A stretch of 56,284 nucleotides of DNA. It comes from an uncultured Eubacteriales bacterium (GTDB lineage Bacteria; Bacillota; Clostridia; Christensenellales; RUG350). This document shows positions 11,190 through 21,100 of the stretch, piece after piece. Position numbers and translations under genes: made by a program. Positions within the stretch are counted from its first letter, which is position 1; each line of letters starts with the position of its first letter. The DNA lies in assembly GCA_900315995.1 (NCBI GenBank), contig ONBF01000004.1, positions 1 through 56,284 on the forward strand, written 5' to 3'. The notes under the pieces were generated by a model. The model made no database searches. It saw nothing but the letters and a program-made list of their open reading frames with translations, and had not been told where the DNA came from.

Positions 11190-12104
11190 ATGACAAATTC
11201 AGTAATTGAATTGCGAGGACTCAGTAAGTCCTTCAAAAAATCGGAAGTATTACACGACTTCAGCTTGAGTGTCGAACAGGGGCACATAGTGGGACTCATC
11301 GGTCCCAACGGTGCCGGCAAGACGACCCTTATGAGAATCATCGCAGGCATTATATATCCAAGCAAAGGCGAAATCGAACTGTTTAACGGTACCGAAAATC
11401 TCGATAAAAGCCGTATGCGTATGAGCTTTATGATCGAATCCCCTATGCTCTACGGTGCTATGAACGCCTACGACAATCTTCAATATATCCGTTATCTTCG
11501 CGGTGTTGCGGACGAAAAACGCATAAATGAAGTACTGGAACTCGTAGGACTTAATGATGTCGGTAACAAAAAGGTTAAAAATTTTTCTTTAGGTATGAAG
11601 CAGCGTTTGAGTATCGGAATGGCACTTATGACCAAGCCGGAAATTATGATACTCGATGAGCCTGTTAACGGTCTCGACCCCGAAGGCATAGTCTATATTC
11701 GTAAACTGCTATTCAAACTCAACGAAGATTTCGGAGTAACAATTATTATTTCGAGCCACATCTTATCCGAGTTGTCCGAACTCTGCACGGACTTCGCTAT
11801 AATCAAAAAAGGTCAACTTATCGAAAGCATAAGCCGAAAAGACATGCTTGTTAAGTGCGCAGGTAAAATAGTTCTTAAAACGGATGATCTAAACCGCACA
11901 ACCGTTATACTTGAATCCAAGTTGTCCATACATGACTATAAAGTACTTAAAAACGGCGAAATACACATATTCGAGCGTCTGTCGGATATAAATCTTATAT
12001 CCGAAACGATTACTTCAAACGGACTTCATATAACAAAATTCAACGAGGAAGGACAAACTCTCGAGAACTACTACTTAAACAAAATAGGAGGACAAAATGA
12101 TTAA
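11190..12104 (+). CDS. ABC transporter ATP-binding protein (bacitracin/lantibiotic-immunity-like)
   Basis: Walker A GPNGAGKTT, signature FSLGMKQRL, Walker B IMILDEP. Strong SD aaggagg. Confidence 0.9.
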   Translation: MTNSVIELRGLSKSFKKSEVLHDFSLSVEQGHIVGLIGPNGAGKTTLMRIIAGIIYPSKGEIELFNGTENLDKSRMRMSFMIESPMLYGAMNAYDNLQYIRYLRGVADEKRINEVLELVGLNDVGNKKVKNFSLGMKQRLSIGMALMTKPEIMILDEPVNGLDPEGIVYIRKLLFKLNEDFGVTIIISSHILSELSELCTDFAIIKKGQLIESISRKDMLVKCAGKIVLKTDDLNRTTVILESKLSIHDYKVLKNGEIHIFERLSDINLISETITSNGLHITKFNEEGQTLENYYLNKIGGQND

Positions 12105-12837
12105 TCTGATTAAAGCGGAATGGTTTAAGTTCCGAAAGACTAAGTTGCGTTTCAATGTTATTTTTTCAGTTGTATGTATATGTTTAATATTGTTTGCATA
12201 TAAAGCTGATGAAATTTCTGGTATTGATGCATTACCAGCTTTCAGTAGTTGGATTAGTGAGAGCGTCTTTTTATCAGCGGGAGTACTGTTGACTTCACTC
12301 TCTATGAATCACAAAAACCGCACCGCTTTGTATACAACCGTTTCGGGATACTCTCCGCTCGAAACTTTGTTCGCACATGCGATATTATATTCGTCAATTT
12401 TAATTATCATATATGTTATACCACAAGCGTTGGTATTTGCTTTCCTCGGCAAGATAGACGTATTATATATTCTTCTTTTCGTAATTTTCTCGATCCGCAT
12501 AACTCTCATTACTGTTTTCCTGAGTCCTCTTCTTAAGCGTAAAACGGTAGTATTTATTGTAATACTGCTCATTATCGAATATGTCTTTGTGAATACGATG
12601 CTCATAAAACCCGTCATTAGTGATACTGGTGTTATCAATTCGGCTACCCGTCCATACAGTACCTCGTTTGCAAGTTATATATTTACCGTTACTCAAGCAT
12701 TCGCTTTATCTAATCCATTACCCGATGCGCTACTTGCTAAAATCATCGTATCGTCCTTCGTTACATGTATACTTGCATTCGTCATCGGCTACTTGGTAAT
12801 GAAGCATAAATATAATCTCGAAAGTAAAGCGTCATAA
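12097..12837 (+). CDS. ABC-2 type permease (lantibiotic-immunity-like)
   Basis: About 6 hydrophobic segments. Start MINLIKAEWFKFRKTK is typical of ABC-2 immunity permeases. 8-nt overlap with the ATPase gene. Confidence 0.7.
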   Translation: MINLIKAEWFKFRKTKLRFNVIFSVVCICLILFAYKADEISGIDALPAFSSWISESVFLSAGVLLTSLSMNHKNRTALYTTVSGYSPLETLFAHAILYSSILIIIYVIPQALVFAFLGKIDVLYILLFVIFSIRITLITVFLSPLLKRKTVVFIVILLIIEYVFVNTMLIKPVISDTGVINSATRPYSTSFASYIFTVTQAFALSNPLPDALLAKIIVSSFVTCILAFVIGYLVMKHKYNLESKAS

Positions 12838-13138
12838 GCATCCGCTATGAATAATTTCACCGAAATCAAATTATTCATACTGAAAAACGTCGCTACGGCA
12901 CATGTCAAGCGCGCTTACGATATGCTTGTCGCTTAAGGTTTCATGTCGCTTGACGTCTGCTGAAATCGAATTATTCGTACACCTGTTACAGACAGCACAA
13001 TAATTTGTCCGTAACAGGTAAATGCGACGTTTGAATTACAGCGTTAATACTTTCTCGATTTTTACATTTGTGATATACTATCCGATAGAATATGCAGGAA
13101 GCGTAATTTATGCTCCAAGCACTAAAACTTAATTAGAT

Positions 13139-14038
13139 ATGGAAACCGCTCTTATAATAACTTCAATATGTCTTCTCGTTACACTTATCGTGTTGCTTTA
13201 CAGACACGTTCTCTTAAAGAGCAATATAAAACGTTTCTCATCATATCTTGACGATGTGAAACACGGAAAAATCGACTGTCCCGTTACGGTTAGCACATTT
13301 GATAAAGACATCATTACTCTTGCAAACGAAGTAAATGCGCAGATAGCTATAAGAAAAAAACTTGCGAACGATTTCGATAAAAACAAGCAGCAGTTGAAAA
13401 ATATAATTTCCGGTATATCGCACGATTTCAGAACGCCGCTTACGGCGTCTCTCGGCTATCTCGAAATGATTGAAAAGAGCGGAGATTTGTCCGAAAAGCA
13501 AAGTGCTTACTTGCATATCGTTATTCAAAAGAATCTGTATCTTAAAGAATTATCGGATGAATTTTTCGATCTCACAATGGTTAATAACAACGCGAAAGAA
13601 ATTGCTCTCGAACAAATAAATCTAAGCAACGTTTTGACGGATACGCTTCTTGAACAGCATACTTGGATTGAAGACAGAAAAATACGTACTGAATTTGACA
13701 TAGCCGACGGTATAATTATCAAAACGTCTCCGCACTACTTAGAACGCATAATCAACAATCTTATGTCTAACGCCTCAAAATATACTTTGGATATGTTCGG
13801 AGTATACTTAAAACGTGAAAACGGCGTAATTAAGTTAAAAGTTTACAATACGCTATCCGACAGTAACTCAGTTGACACAAACAAGGTGTTCGAGCCTTTC
13901 TACCGTATGGATTCAAGGACGTCTTCGGGCTCGGGACTCGGATTATATATAGTAGATCACATATCCGAACTTTTAGGCTACACGGTTACGGCAACAAAAG
14001 ACGACAATGTCTTTTCCGTCGAAATTATAATCAAATAA
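13139..14038 (+). CDS. Sensor histidine kinase (single N-terminal TM, no extracellular domain)
   Basis: H box ISHDFRTPLTA, N box NLMSNASKYT, G box GSGLGLYIV. An in-frame stop lies 3 codons upstream of the ATG. No obvious SD. Confidence 0.85.
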   Translation: METALIITSICLLVTLIVLLYRHVLLKSNIKRFSSYLDDVKHGKIDCPVTVSTFDKDIITLANEVNAQIAIRKKLANDFDKNKQQLKNIISGISHDFRTPLTASLGYLEMIEKSGDLSEKQSAYLHIVIQKNLYLKELSDEFFDLTMVNNNAKEIALEQINLSNVLTDTLLEQHTWIEDRKIRTEFDIADGIIIKTSPHYLERIINNLMSNASKYTLDMFGVYLKRENGVIKLKVYNTLSDSNSVDTNKVFEPFYRMDSRTSSGSGLGLYIVDHISELLGYTVTATKDDNVFSVEIIIK

Positions 14039-14050
14039 AAAAACGATGAC

Positions 14051-14087
14051 AAGCGATTATAAAATTTTATTTTCTTATAATTCGCTT
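14051..14087. terminator. Bidirectional hairpin between convergent kinase and rrf2 genes
   Basis: Arms aagcgattataa / ttataattcgctt (one bulge), in A/T-rich flanks. Confidence 0.55.
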
Positions 14088-14109
14088 AATCATCGGACTT
14101 TTTGAAATA

Positions 14110-14541
14110 TTAAATAATGTAATTATTTTCCGTCGCTTCTTTTGTCATTAAGTCGGACAGTTTAATTCCGTCGAAATACCCGTTAATCAAATCATAAAAT
14201 TTTTTCCACATCGGAAGCGTTCTGCACTCGCTCATTTTATCGCATACGGGCGCGTTCTTTTCAAGACACGCAATCGGCGCAAGGTCGCCTTCTGTCACTC
14301 TCAGAATATCACCGACCGAATACATATCGGGCGCGCGTTTTAACCTGTATCCACCGCCTTTACCGTGCAATCCGTCCACAAGTCCCGCTTTCGATAAATC
14401 GGTCATTATTCCCTCGATATACTTTTGCGAAATGCTTTGGCGCGCCACTATATCTTTAAGCGGTATATGCATACCGTTATCGTGTTCCGCCATATCTACC
14501 ATTACCCGTAATGCGTATCTTCCGCGCGTCGATATTTTCAT
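14110..14541 (-). CDS. Rrf2-family transcriptional regulator (CymR/IscR-like)
   Basis: N-terminal wHTH MKISTRGRYALR...LKDIV, GGYRL, and a three-Cys cluster C-x7-C-x5-C. Last gene of the sulfur operon. Confidence 0.88.
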   Translation of the reverse strand: MKISTRGRYALRVMVDMAEHDNGMHIPLKDIVARQSISQKYIEGIMTDLSKAGLVDGLHGKGGGYRLKRAPDMYSVGDILRVTEGDLAPIACLEKNAPVCDKMSECRTLPMWKKFYDLINGYFDGIKLSDLMTKEATENNYII

Positions 14542-14915
14542 ACTTTATTCTCCGTTTCGGCAACGACGTCTATTTCGATAAGCGAGCCTTTCGGGAGAGC
14601 AGCCGCTTCGATTAACGATCTTGCGGGTTTATTCGTAAAGTACTTCGCATATACTTCGTTGAATACGGCAAAGTCTTTAATATCCGCAAGATAGCACGTC
14701 GTCTTGACTACGGCGTCAAGTCCGAGACCGACCGATAACAATACCGCTTCGGTATTTTTTATTGCGTTTTCGGTCTGTTCCTTAATACTTGCGCCGAGTT
14801 TGCCGTCTTGACCTATACCGAGCTGACCCGACGTAAACACATATCTGCCTGATATTACAGCCTGCGAATACGGTCCTACCGCTTCGGGCGCTTTGTTTGT
14901 ATACACTCTTTCCAT
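14538..14915 (-). CDS. RidA/YjgF-family reactive intermediate deaminase
   Basis: 125 aa. APEAVGPYSQA...GQLG...CYLADIKDF..FNEVY...PAR pattern. Confidence 0.88.
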   Translation of the reverse strand: MERVYTNKAPEAVGPYSQAVISGRYVFTSGQLGIGQDGKLGASIKEQTENAIKNTEAVLLSVGLGLDAVVKTTCYLADIKDFAVFNEVYAKYFTNKPARSLIEAAALPKGSLIEIDVVAETENKV

Positions 14916-14968
14916 ATATTGTTTATTTTAACACCTTTTTGACGGAATTTCAACGTTTTAACGCCGAT

Positions 14969-15901
14969 TCAGTCTTCAAAAAGCGGCGTCGATAAATATC
15001 TGTCTCCCGTATCTGGCAATACAACTACTATATTCTTACCCTTGTTTTCCGCGCGCTTGGCAAGCTCGATTGCCGCGTACGCCGCCGCACCCGAAGATAT
15101 TCCGACGAGTACCCCTTCTTTATGTCCGATAAGTTTACCCGTTTTGAAAGCGTCTTCGTTAGTGACAGTTATTATCTCATCGTATATTTTCGTATTAAGT
15201 ACTTCGGGTACGAAGCCTGCGCCTATACCTTGTATCTTGTGAGCACCCGCAACGCCCGTTGATAATACGGCGCTCGTCGCAGGCTCGACGGCAACGATTT
15301 TAACACTCGGCTTTTTACTTTTTAAGTATTCGCCGACGCCCGTTACGGTTCCGCCCGTACCGACGCCCGCTACAAATATATCGACCTTTCCGTCCGTATC
15401 TTCATATATTTCGGGTCCGGTCGTCTCTCTGTGCGTCTTCGGGTTTGCAGGGTTGATAAATTGTCCGGGAACAAAACTGTTCGCCGTTTCTTTTGCGAGT
15501 TCATCGGCTTTTGCTATTGCGCCTTTCATACCCTTAGTGCCGTCCGTCAATACGAGTTCCGCGCCGTACGCCTTCATAAGTTGTCTTCTTTCGACCGACA
15601 TCGTTTCGGGCATAACGATTATTATGCGGTATCCTTTCGCGGCGGCTATTGCCGCAAGACCTATACCCGTGTTGCCCGAAGTCGGCTCTATGATTACGGA
15701 GCCCGCTTTTAACTTCCCGCTCTTCTCGGCGTCTTCTATCATCGACTTTGCGATACGGTCTTTAACCGAACCTGCCGGATTGAAATATTCGAGTTTTGCG
15801 TAAATCTTTGCTTGTAAATTAAATTCTTTTTCGATATGCGTAAGTTCGAGTAACGGCGTTTTGCCTACGAGTTGATCCGCTGATGTAAATATGTTTGCCA
15901 T
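14969..15901 (-). CDS. cysK: Cysteine synthase A (O-acetylserine sulfhydrylase)
   Basis: PLP-Lys context [21 protein letters not shown] loop, GTGGT. Confidence 0.93.
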   Translation of the reverse strand: MANIFTSADQLVGKTPLLELTHIEKEFNLQAKIYAKLEYFNPAGSVKDRIAKSMIEDAEKSGKLKAGSVIIEPTSGNTGIGLAAIAAAKGYRIIIVMPETMSVERRQLMKAYGAELVLTDGTKGMKGAIAKADELAKETANSFVPGQFINPANPKTHRETTGPEIYEDTDGKVDIFVAGVGTGGTVTGVGEYLKSKKPSVKIVAVEPATSAVLSTGVAGAHKIQGIGAGFVPEVLNTKIYDEIITVTNEDAFKTGKLIGHKEGVLVGISSGAAAYAAIELAKRAENKGKNIVVVLPDTGDRYLSTPLFED

Positions 15902-15925
15902 AAGTTTATTCTCCTTTTTGATAGT

Positions 15926-17209
15926 TTATTTGATTGCTTTGAATCCCGTTTCAAGATCGTTTATAATATCGTCTATGTGTTCCGTACCGATTGAAAGTCG
16001 CACGGTATTAGGTTTGATGCCCGCTTTCAAAAGCTCCTGTTCATTAAGCTGCGAGTGCGTCGTTGAAGCAGGGTGAATAACAAGCGACTTAACGTCGGCA
16101 ACGTTTGCAAGCAGACTGAACAGTTTAAGACTTTCGGTGAATTTCTTCGCCTTTTCTTCTCCGCCTTTTATTTCAAACGTAAATATCGAAGCCGCGCCGT
16201 TTTTGAAGTATCTGTCATATAATTCCTTCTGCCTGCCGCTCGAAAGCGACGGGTGATTGACTTTTTCCACTTGCGGATGTTTTTTCAGATACTCTACAAC
16301 TTTAAGTGCATTTTCGACGTGTCTTTCTATTCTTAACGACAACGTTTCAAGCCCTTGTAAAAGCAAGAAAGAGTTAAACGGCGAGATTGCCGCGCCCTGA
16401 TCTCTCATAATCGTAGTCCTTGCTTTAAGTATGTACGCAAGATTGCCGCACGCCTTTGTAAACACTACTCCGTGATACGACGGGTTAGGTTTCGAAAGAT
16501 TCGGAAACTTATCGTTTTGCGCCCAATCGAACTTGCCGCCATCGACTATCACTCCGCCCATTACCGTTCCGTGTCCGCCTATAAACTTTGTCGCCGAGTG
16601 TACCACTATGTCCGCGCCGTGCTCGATAGGTCTTAAATAATAAGGGGTAGCGAACGTGTTGTCTACTATAAGCGGAATACCGTTTTCGTGAGCAATAGCG
16701 GAAATTGTCTCTATATCTATTACGTCCGAATTGGGATTGCCGAGAGTTTCGGCGTACAATAATTTCGTGTTCGGCTTAATTGCCTTTCTGAAATTTTCGG
16801 GATTGCTCGGATCTACGAAAGTTACATCAAGCCCCTGCTCTTTCAAAGTATGCGCGAATAAGTTATACGTTCCGCCGTAAAGATTTACAGACGATACAAT
16901 ATGATCCCCCGCGGTCGCTATGTTTTGTATTGCGTAAGTTATTGCGGAAGCACCCGACGCAGTCGCAAGTGCCGCCGCTCCGCCTTCAAGTGCCGCTATA
17001 CGCTTTTCAAATACGTCGCTCGTCGGATTCATAAGTCTCGTATAAATGTTTCCGCTCTCTGTCAAACCGAATCTGCCTGCCGCTTGCGCGGAATCTTTGA
17101 AGACGTAAGCCGCGGTCGCATATATCGGTACCGCTCTTGCGTCCGTAGCCGTGTCGGGCGACTCCTGCCCGACGTGTATTTGTAATGTTTCAAATTTATA
17201 ATTTGCCAT
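15926..17209 (-). CDS. O-acetylhomoserine sulfhydrylase (MetY/CysD type, Cys/Met PLP family)
   Basis: 427 aa. [10 protein letters not shown] start, PLP-Lys context [11 protein letters not shown]. Confidence 0.9.
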   Translation of the reverse strand: MANYKFETLQIHVGQESPDTATDARAVPIYATAAYVFKDSAQAAGRFGLTESGNIYTRLMNPTSDVFEKRIAALEGGAAALATASGASAITYAIQNIATAGDHIVSSVNLYGGTYNLFAHTLKEQGLDVTFVDPSNPENFRKAIKPNTKLLYAETLGNPNSDVIDIETISAIAHENGIPLIVDNTFATPYYLRPIEHGADIVVHSATKFIGGHGTVMGGVIVDGGKFDWAQNDKFPNLSKPNPSYHGVVFTKACGNLAYILKARTTIMRDQGAAISPFNSFLLLQGLETLSLRIERHVENALKVVEYLKKHPQVEKVNHPSLSSGRQKELYDRYFKNGAASIFTFEIKGGEEKAKKFTESLKLFSLLANVADVKSLVIHPASTTHSQLNEQELLKAGIKPNTVRLSIGTEHIDDIINDLETGFKAIK

Positions 17210-17252
17210 TGTATGTTTTCTCCTTTAAGATTAAATGTTTTGTGTTTTATCG

Positions 17253-17330
17253 TTAATTGCTACATCGTACACACCACATTCGTCCTATTCGGAAATTTTC
17301 TCTGTTGAGTTTTACGAATATCGAAATCAT
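17253..17330 (-). CDS. Candidate 25-codon leader ORF (MISIFVKLNRENFRIGRMWCVRCSN) upstream of metY
   Basis: ATG is preceded by gaaaggag at 7-nt spacing. It lies between the consensus promoter and metY. No homology support is possible here. Confidence 0.3.
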   Translation of the reverse strand: MISIFVKLNRENFRIGRMWCVRCSN

Positions 17331-17371
17331 ATTTATTCTCCTTTCACCTACTTGCCTCGTAGGTTGATATG

Positions 17372-17400
17372 ATTATAACGCGATAAAGCGCGCTTGTCAA
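17372..17400 (-). promoter_or_regulatory. Consensus sigma-A promoter of the metY-cysK-ridA-rrf2 operon
   Basis: On the minus strand: TTGACA (17400-17395), 17-nt spacer, TATAAT (17377-17372). Confidence 0.75.
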
Positions 17401-17544
17401 ATATTTTTTCGGATATTTTGAAAAAAAAATTTTCACCCCCGTTTTTTATTTGCGTTAATATTAATATACGTGATGTTACTTATCTTGACTAAATAAACAA
17501 GTTATGGTATAAGTAAAATACTTAATTCACACGAGGAGAATTTT

Positions 17545-18051
17545 ATGAAATCGTTAATCGCATTTTATTCGCGTACGGGCGGAAACTCAATGAACGGTGA
17601 AATCAAAAATATCAAGAAAGGCAATACGGAAATCGTCGCGGAAACTCTTCAAGAGTTAACGGGTGGCGAAGTGTACAGAATATATCCGCGGGAAGAATAT
17701 CCCCAAGACTACGAGCAATGCGTACTCCGCGCTCAGAAAGAATCGGAGCAAAACATCCATCCGACTATCAAAAATCCGTTATCGTCAATTTCGGACTACG
17801 ACGTAATCTATGTCGGATTTCCGCTGTGGTTCAGAAGTTATCCGCGAATTATAGCGACGTTTTTCGACTGTTTTGACTTCACGGGTAAAATAATCAAACC
17901 GTTCTGCACCAACGAAGAAGGGTCTTTCGGAATAGCCGAACTCGAAATGCGTACGACATTAAAAGGCGCAACGGTTAAAGACGGTATCTCTTTCCACGGT
18001 TTTGAACTCGACGACGTCAAATCACGTCTCGAAAAATGGATTGAAAATTAA
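17545..18051 (+). CDS. Flavodoxin-like protein
   Basis: 168 aa. LIAFYSRTG...YDVIYVGFPLWF...KPFCT pattern. SD aggag. Confidence 0.75.
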   Translation: MKSLIAFYSRTGGNSMNGEIKNIKKGNTEIVAETLQELTGGEVYRIYPREEYPQDYEQCVLRAQKESEQNIHPTIKNPLSSISDYDVIYVGFPLWFRSYPRIIATFFDCFDFTGKIIKPFCTNEEGSFGIAELEMRTTLKGATVKDGISFHGFELDDVKSRLEKWIEN

Positions 18052-18069
18052 CGAAATACATAATAAATT

Positions 18070-18116
18070 GCACCCCGAAAATTTTTGATTATCCGACTTT
18101 CGGGGTGCATTTCTTT
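18070..18116. terminator. Hairpin terminator, copy A of a repeated hairpin element
   Basis: gcaccccgaaa / tttcggggtgc stem with an atttttgattatccgac loop, then a T-rich tail. Sits between the convergent flavodoxin and S8-LRR genes. Confidence 0.8.
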
Positions 18117-18178
18117 ATGAAAACTCAGTAAAACAAAGTTTACTCAAATCGATATTCGAGTTTGAAGTTATCGAATTT

Positions 18179-21100
18179 TTATAATGCTGCTTTCTTCTTT
18201 CTTTTCTTTACAAAGACGAATACCGCACTCGAAATCATTACCACTGCAACAACTCCAATCACTACTCCCCATACGGCGCTTATTGTAGGCGGTATACTCT
18301 TTTTGTAAGTAACTTCCAAGTCTATATCGGATGAAATCTTTTCGACTGTAAATGTATTGTTTTTTATTTCTACGATTTCACCGTTCACAAACACTTTATC
18401 GACTTCATAACCTTCTATCGGTGTAATTGTAAATGTTCTTGCTTCTCCGCCGTATATTTCGCTTGATTGTTGACTATATGAAACGTTTCCGTAATTACTG
18501 TCACCATTTATAGATACGCTGTACAAATCTTCGACAAAACTTGCTTTAATCGTATGTGACGATGTTACTTGATTTAATTTATATTCGGCAGTACCGTTTT
18601 CCAAAACAATCACTTTGCCGTCTATCATAGCTTCTTTCAGACGATAATGATACTCGGGTATAAATGTTATTGTCACACTTCCGTTATGTTTTACGGTTTC
18701 GTCGGAAACTCGAATTTCTCCGTGTTCACTGTTTTCTATGGTCAATGTATACGTGTTAACGGCAAATGTAACGGAAATACTGTGCTCTGCCGTAACGTTA
18801 TTAAACGTATATCCGTTTGTTATCGCGTTTTGCAGTTCGTCTCCCGTCAAAAGATTATTGTCTACTGTAATTGACGATACGTGATACATTTTGTTTGGCG
18901 TAAAAGTGAAAGTTTGACTGTTTCCTTCTTTCACCGAGATATTCCCCGATGGTGATATACTTCCGTTTACACCCGCGGTTGCTACGATATTATATGTGTT
19001 TATTGTAAATTCAACGGAAATACTGTGTTCTGCCGTAACGTTATTAAATTTATATCCGTTTGTTATTGCGTTTTGCAGTTCGTTTCCCGTCAAAAGATTA
19101 TTGTCTACTCTAATTGACGATACGTGATAACCTTCGTTTGATATAAATGTGAAAAGTTGGCTGTTTCCGTATTCCAATGTGATATTTCCCGACGGTGATA
19201 TACTTCCGTTTGCACCCGCGGTTGCCGTGATATTATATGTGTTAACGGCAAATGTAACGGAAATACTGTGTTCTGCCGTAACGTTATTAAACGTATATCC
19301 GTTTGTTATTGCGTCTTGCAATTCGTCTACCGTCAAAGCAATATTGTCTACCGAAATTGACGATATGTGATACCATTCGTTCGGGCTGAAAGAGAAAGAC
19401 ATACTGTTTCCTTCTTTCACCGAGATACTTCCCGACGGTGATATGCTTCCGTGCTCCCCCGCGGTTGCCGTGATATTATAAGCAACGCCGTTTATAATGA
19501 CTTCACAAATATCGGAAACAGCCTCATCTTCTATCCAGTCTTGAACTTTTACAAAATATTTGCGATTTACTTTGTTTGAAGTATCGGGGATGTAGGTTGA
19601 ATTTATTGCATTTTCTATAATAATCCCGCTTTCATACGTTCCGTCATCCGTGTAATACCATTGATACTTCAAATCAAAGCCTTGCGCTTCAATCGACAAA
19701 ATACACTCATCCGTTACTTGCACTTCAACGTTATTCGGTAAATTTATCACAAACGAAATATCAAGCGGAACGAAAGTGTTGCCATTGTTATCCGCATAAG
19801 TTTTGGCATAAGTCCCCGTGTATCCGTAAACGGTTATGTCTTTACCGATCGCATTGTCGGAACATGATGTCAAATTTCTACCGAAATAGATGTTCTTTAC
19901 GGAAACTCCATCAAAATTGGAATTTCCGATTTTTTCAATCTTCGGCAAATATATGGTTTTCGGAAGATTTATATAAGAACTAAAAACTAAATTCCCGATT
20001 TCTCTGACGTTTTCAAACGTAAAGGATGAGAGTTTTGAATCACAAATAAATACGTTTGTATCGATTATCTCCAATTTCGGCATATTCACGGTTTCAAGTG
20101 AATAGCAATTTTGAAACGACTGTGATCCGACAAATGTTACAACCGGCGCTTTAACATAAGAAAGCGTTTCGCAACCGCAAAATGCTTCGCGTTCTATATT
20201 AATAACGTTAGGCATAATTATTCCTGTTAAGAAGCAACAGTACTCAAACGCATCTTCCGCAATTCTCGTAACTTTTTTACCTTCAACTGTTTCAGGTAAT
20301 ATTATGTTACCCATAAGACAGCCATTTACGGAGTCTATGCAAATTTCCGTTTCCCCGGTTGCACTGTTGATAAAAGTGCTGTACTCAAATTGTTGTAACG
20401 TATTGTACAAGTACGCAAAAGTCACATGTTCATTGTTCGCATACGTCTTTGCAACCGTGTTTTCAAAACCGTATAAAACAAAATCCGCAATTACGCTTTC
20501 ATTATTATCATAACCAAATGCTTTTGAGCCAATCTCTATTACGTTTTCTGATAACTCAATGGATTTCAAGTTGTTACATCCGCAAAATGCTTTGTCGCCT
20601 ATCTCCGAAACATTAAAAATCTGTACAGACTTTAATGCGGAACAATTCTTAAACGCAGCCTCGCCGATTTTTTCGATATTTGTCAAATAAACGGACTCCA
20701 ATAATTGACATCCTTCAAATGCAGAATTTCCGATTTCTTTTAAGTAAATTACATTTAGGAATTTTATTCTTTTATTGCAGTTCTTAAATGCATTTGCCGA
20801 AATTTTTGTTACGGGTTTTCCTTCAATATATGAAGGAATAACGATTTCTCCATTGAGATACCAATCATAATAATCGTATCCGTTTATGCATATTTCATCG
20901 TTCTTTACAGAATAACGTAACGTTATATCAGAAGTCAAATTTTTACATACAAACGTTGCTTTTTTTGCAAATCCGCCGGTCTCTTCGGAAACATTACTTA
21001 AATATTCATTAATTGCAGGAGAATCATAATAATTAAATTCACAGTTTTCTTTGACATCTTCACCAAACTCATTGTCGATTTTTTCAAGACAACCTGACAA

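Noticed and set aside
17210-17371. S-box (SAM-I) riboswitch or Met/Cys T-box leader upstream of metY.
   Set aside because: The leader is only ~155 nt. It lacks the conserved SAM-I core blocks, a T-box 14-mer and a terminator hairpin with a T-run.
18752-19480. Possible CRISPR array, because of regularly spaced repeats.
   Set aside because: The 243-bp units are in-frame protein repeats of the giant gene. The only other regular repeat (36127-36203) has three copies with 8-bp gaps and no cas genes. No CRISPR is present.
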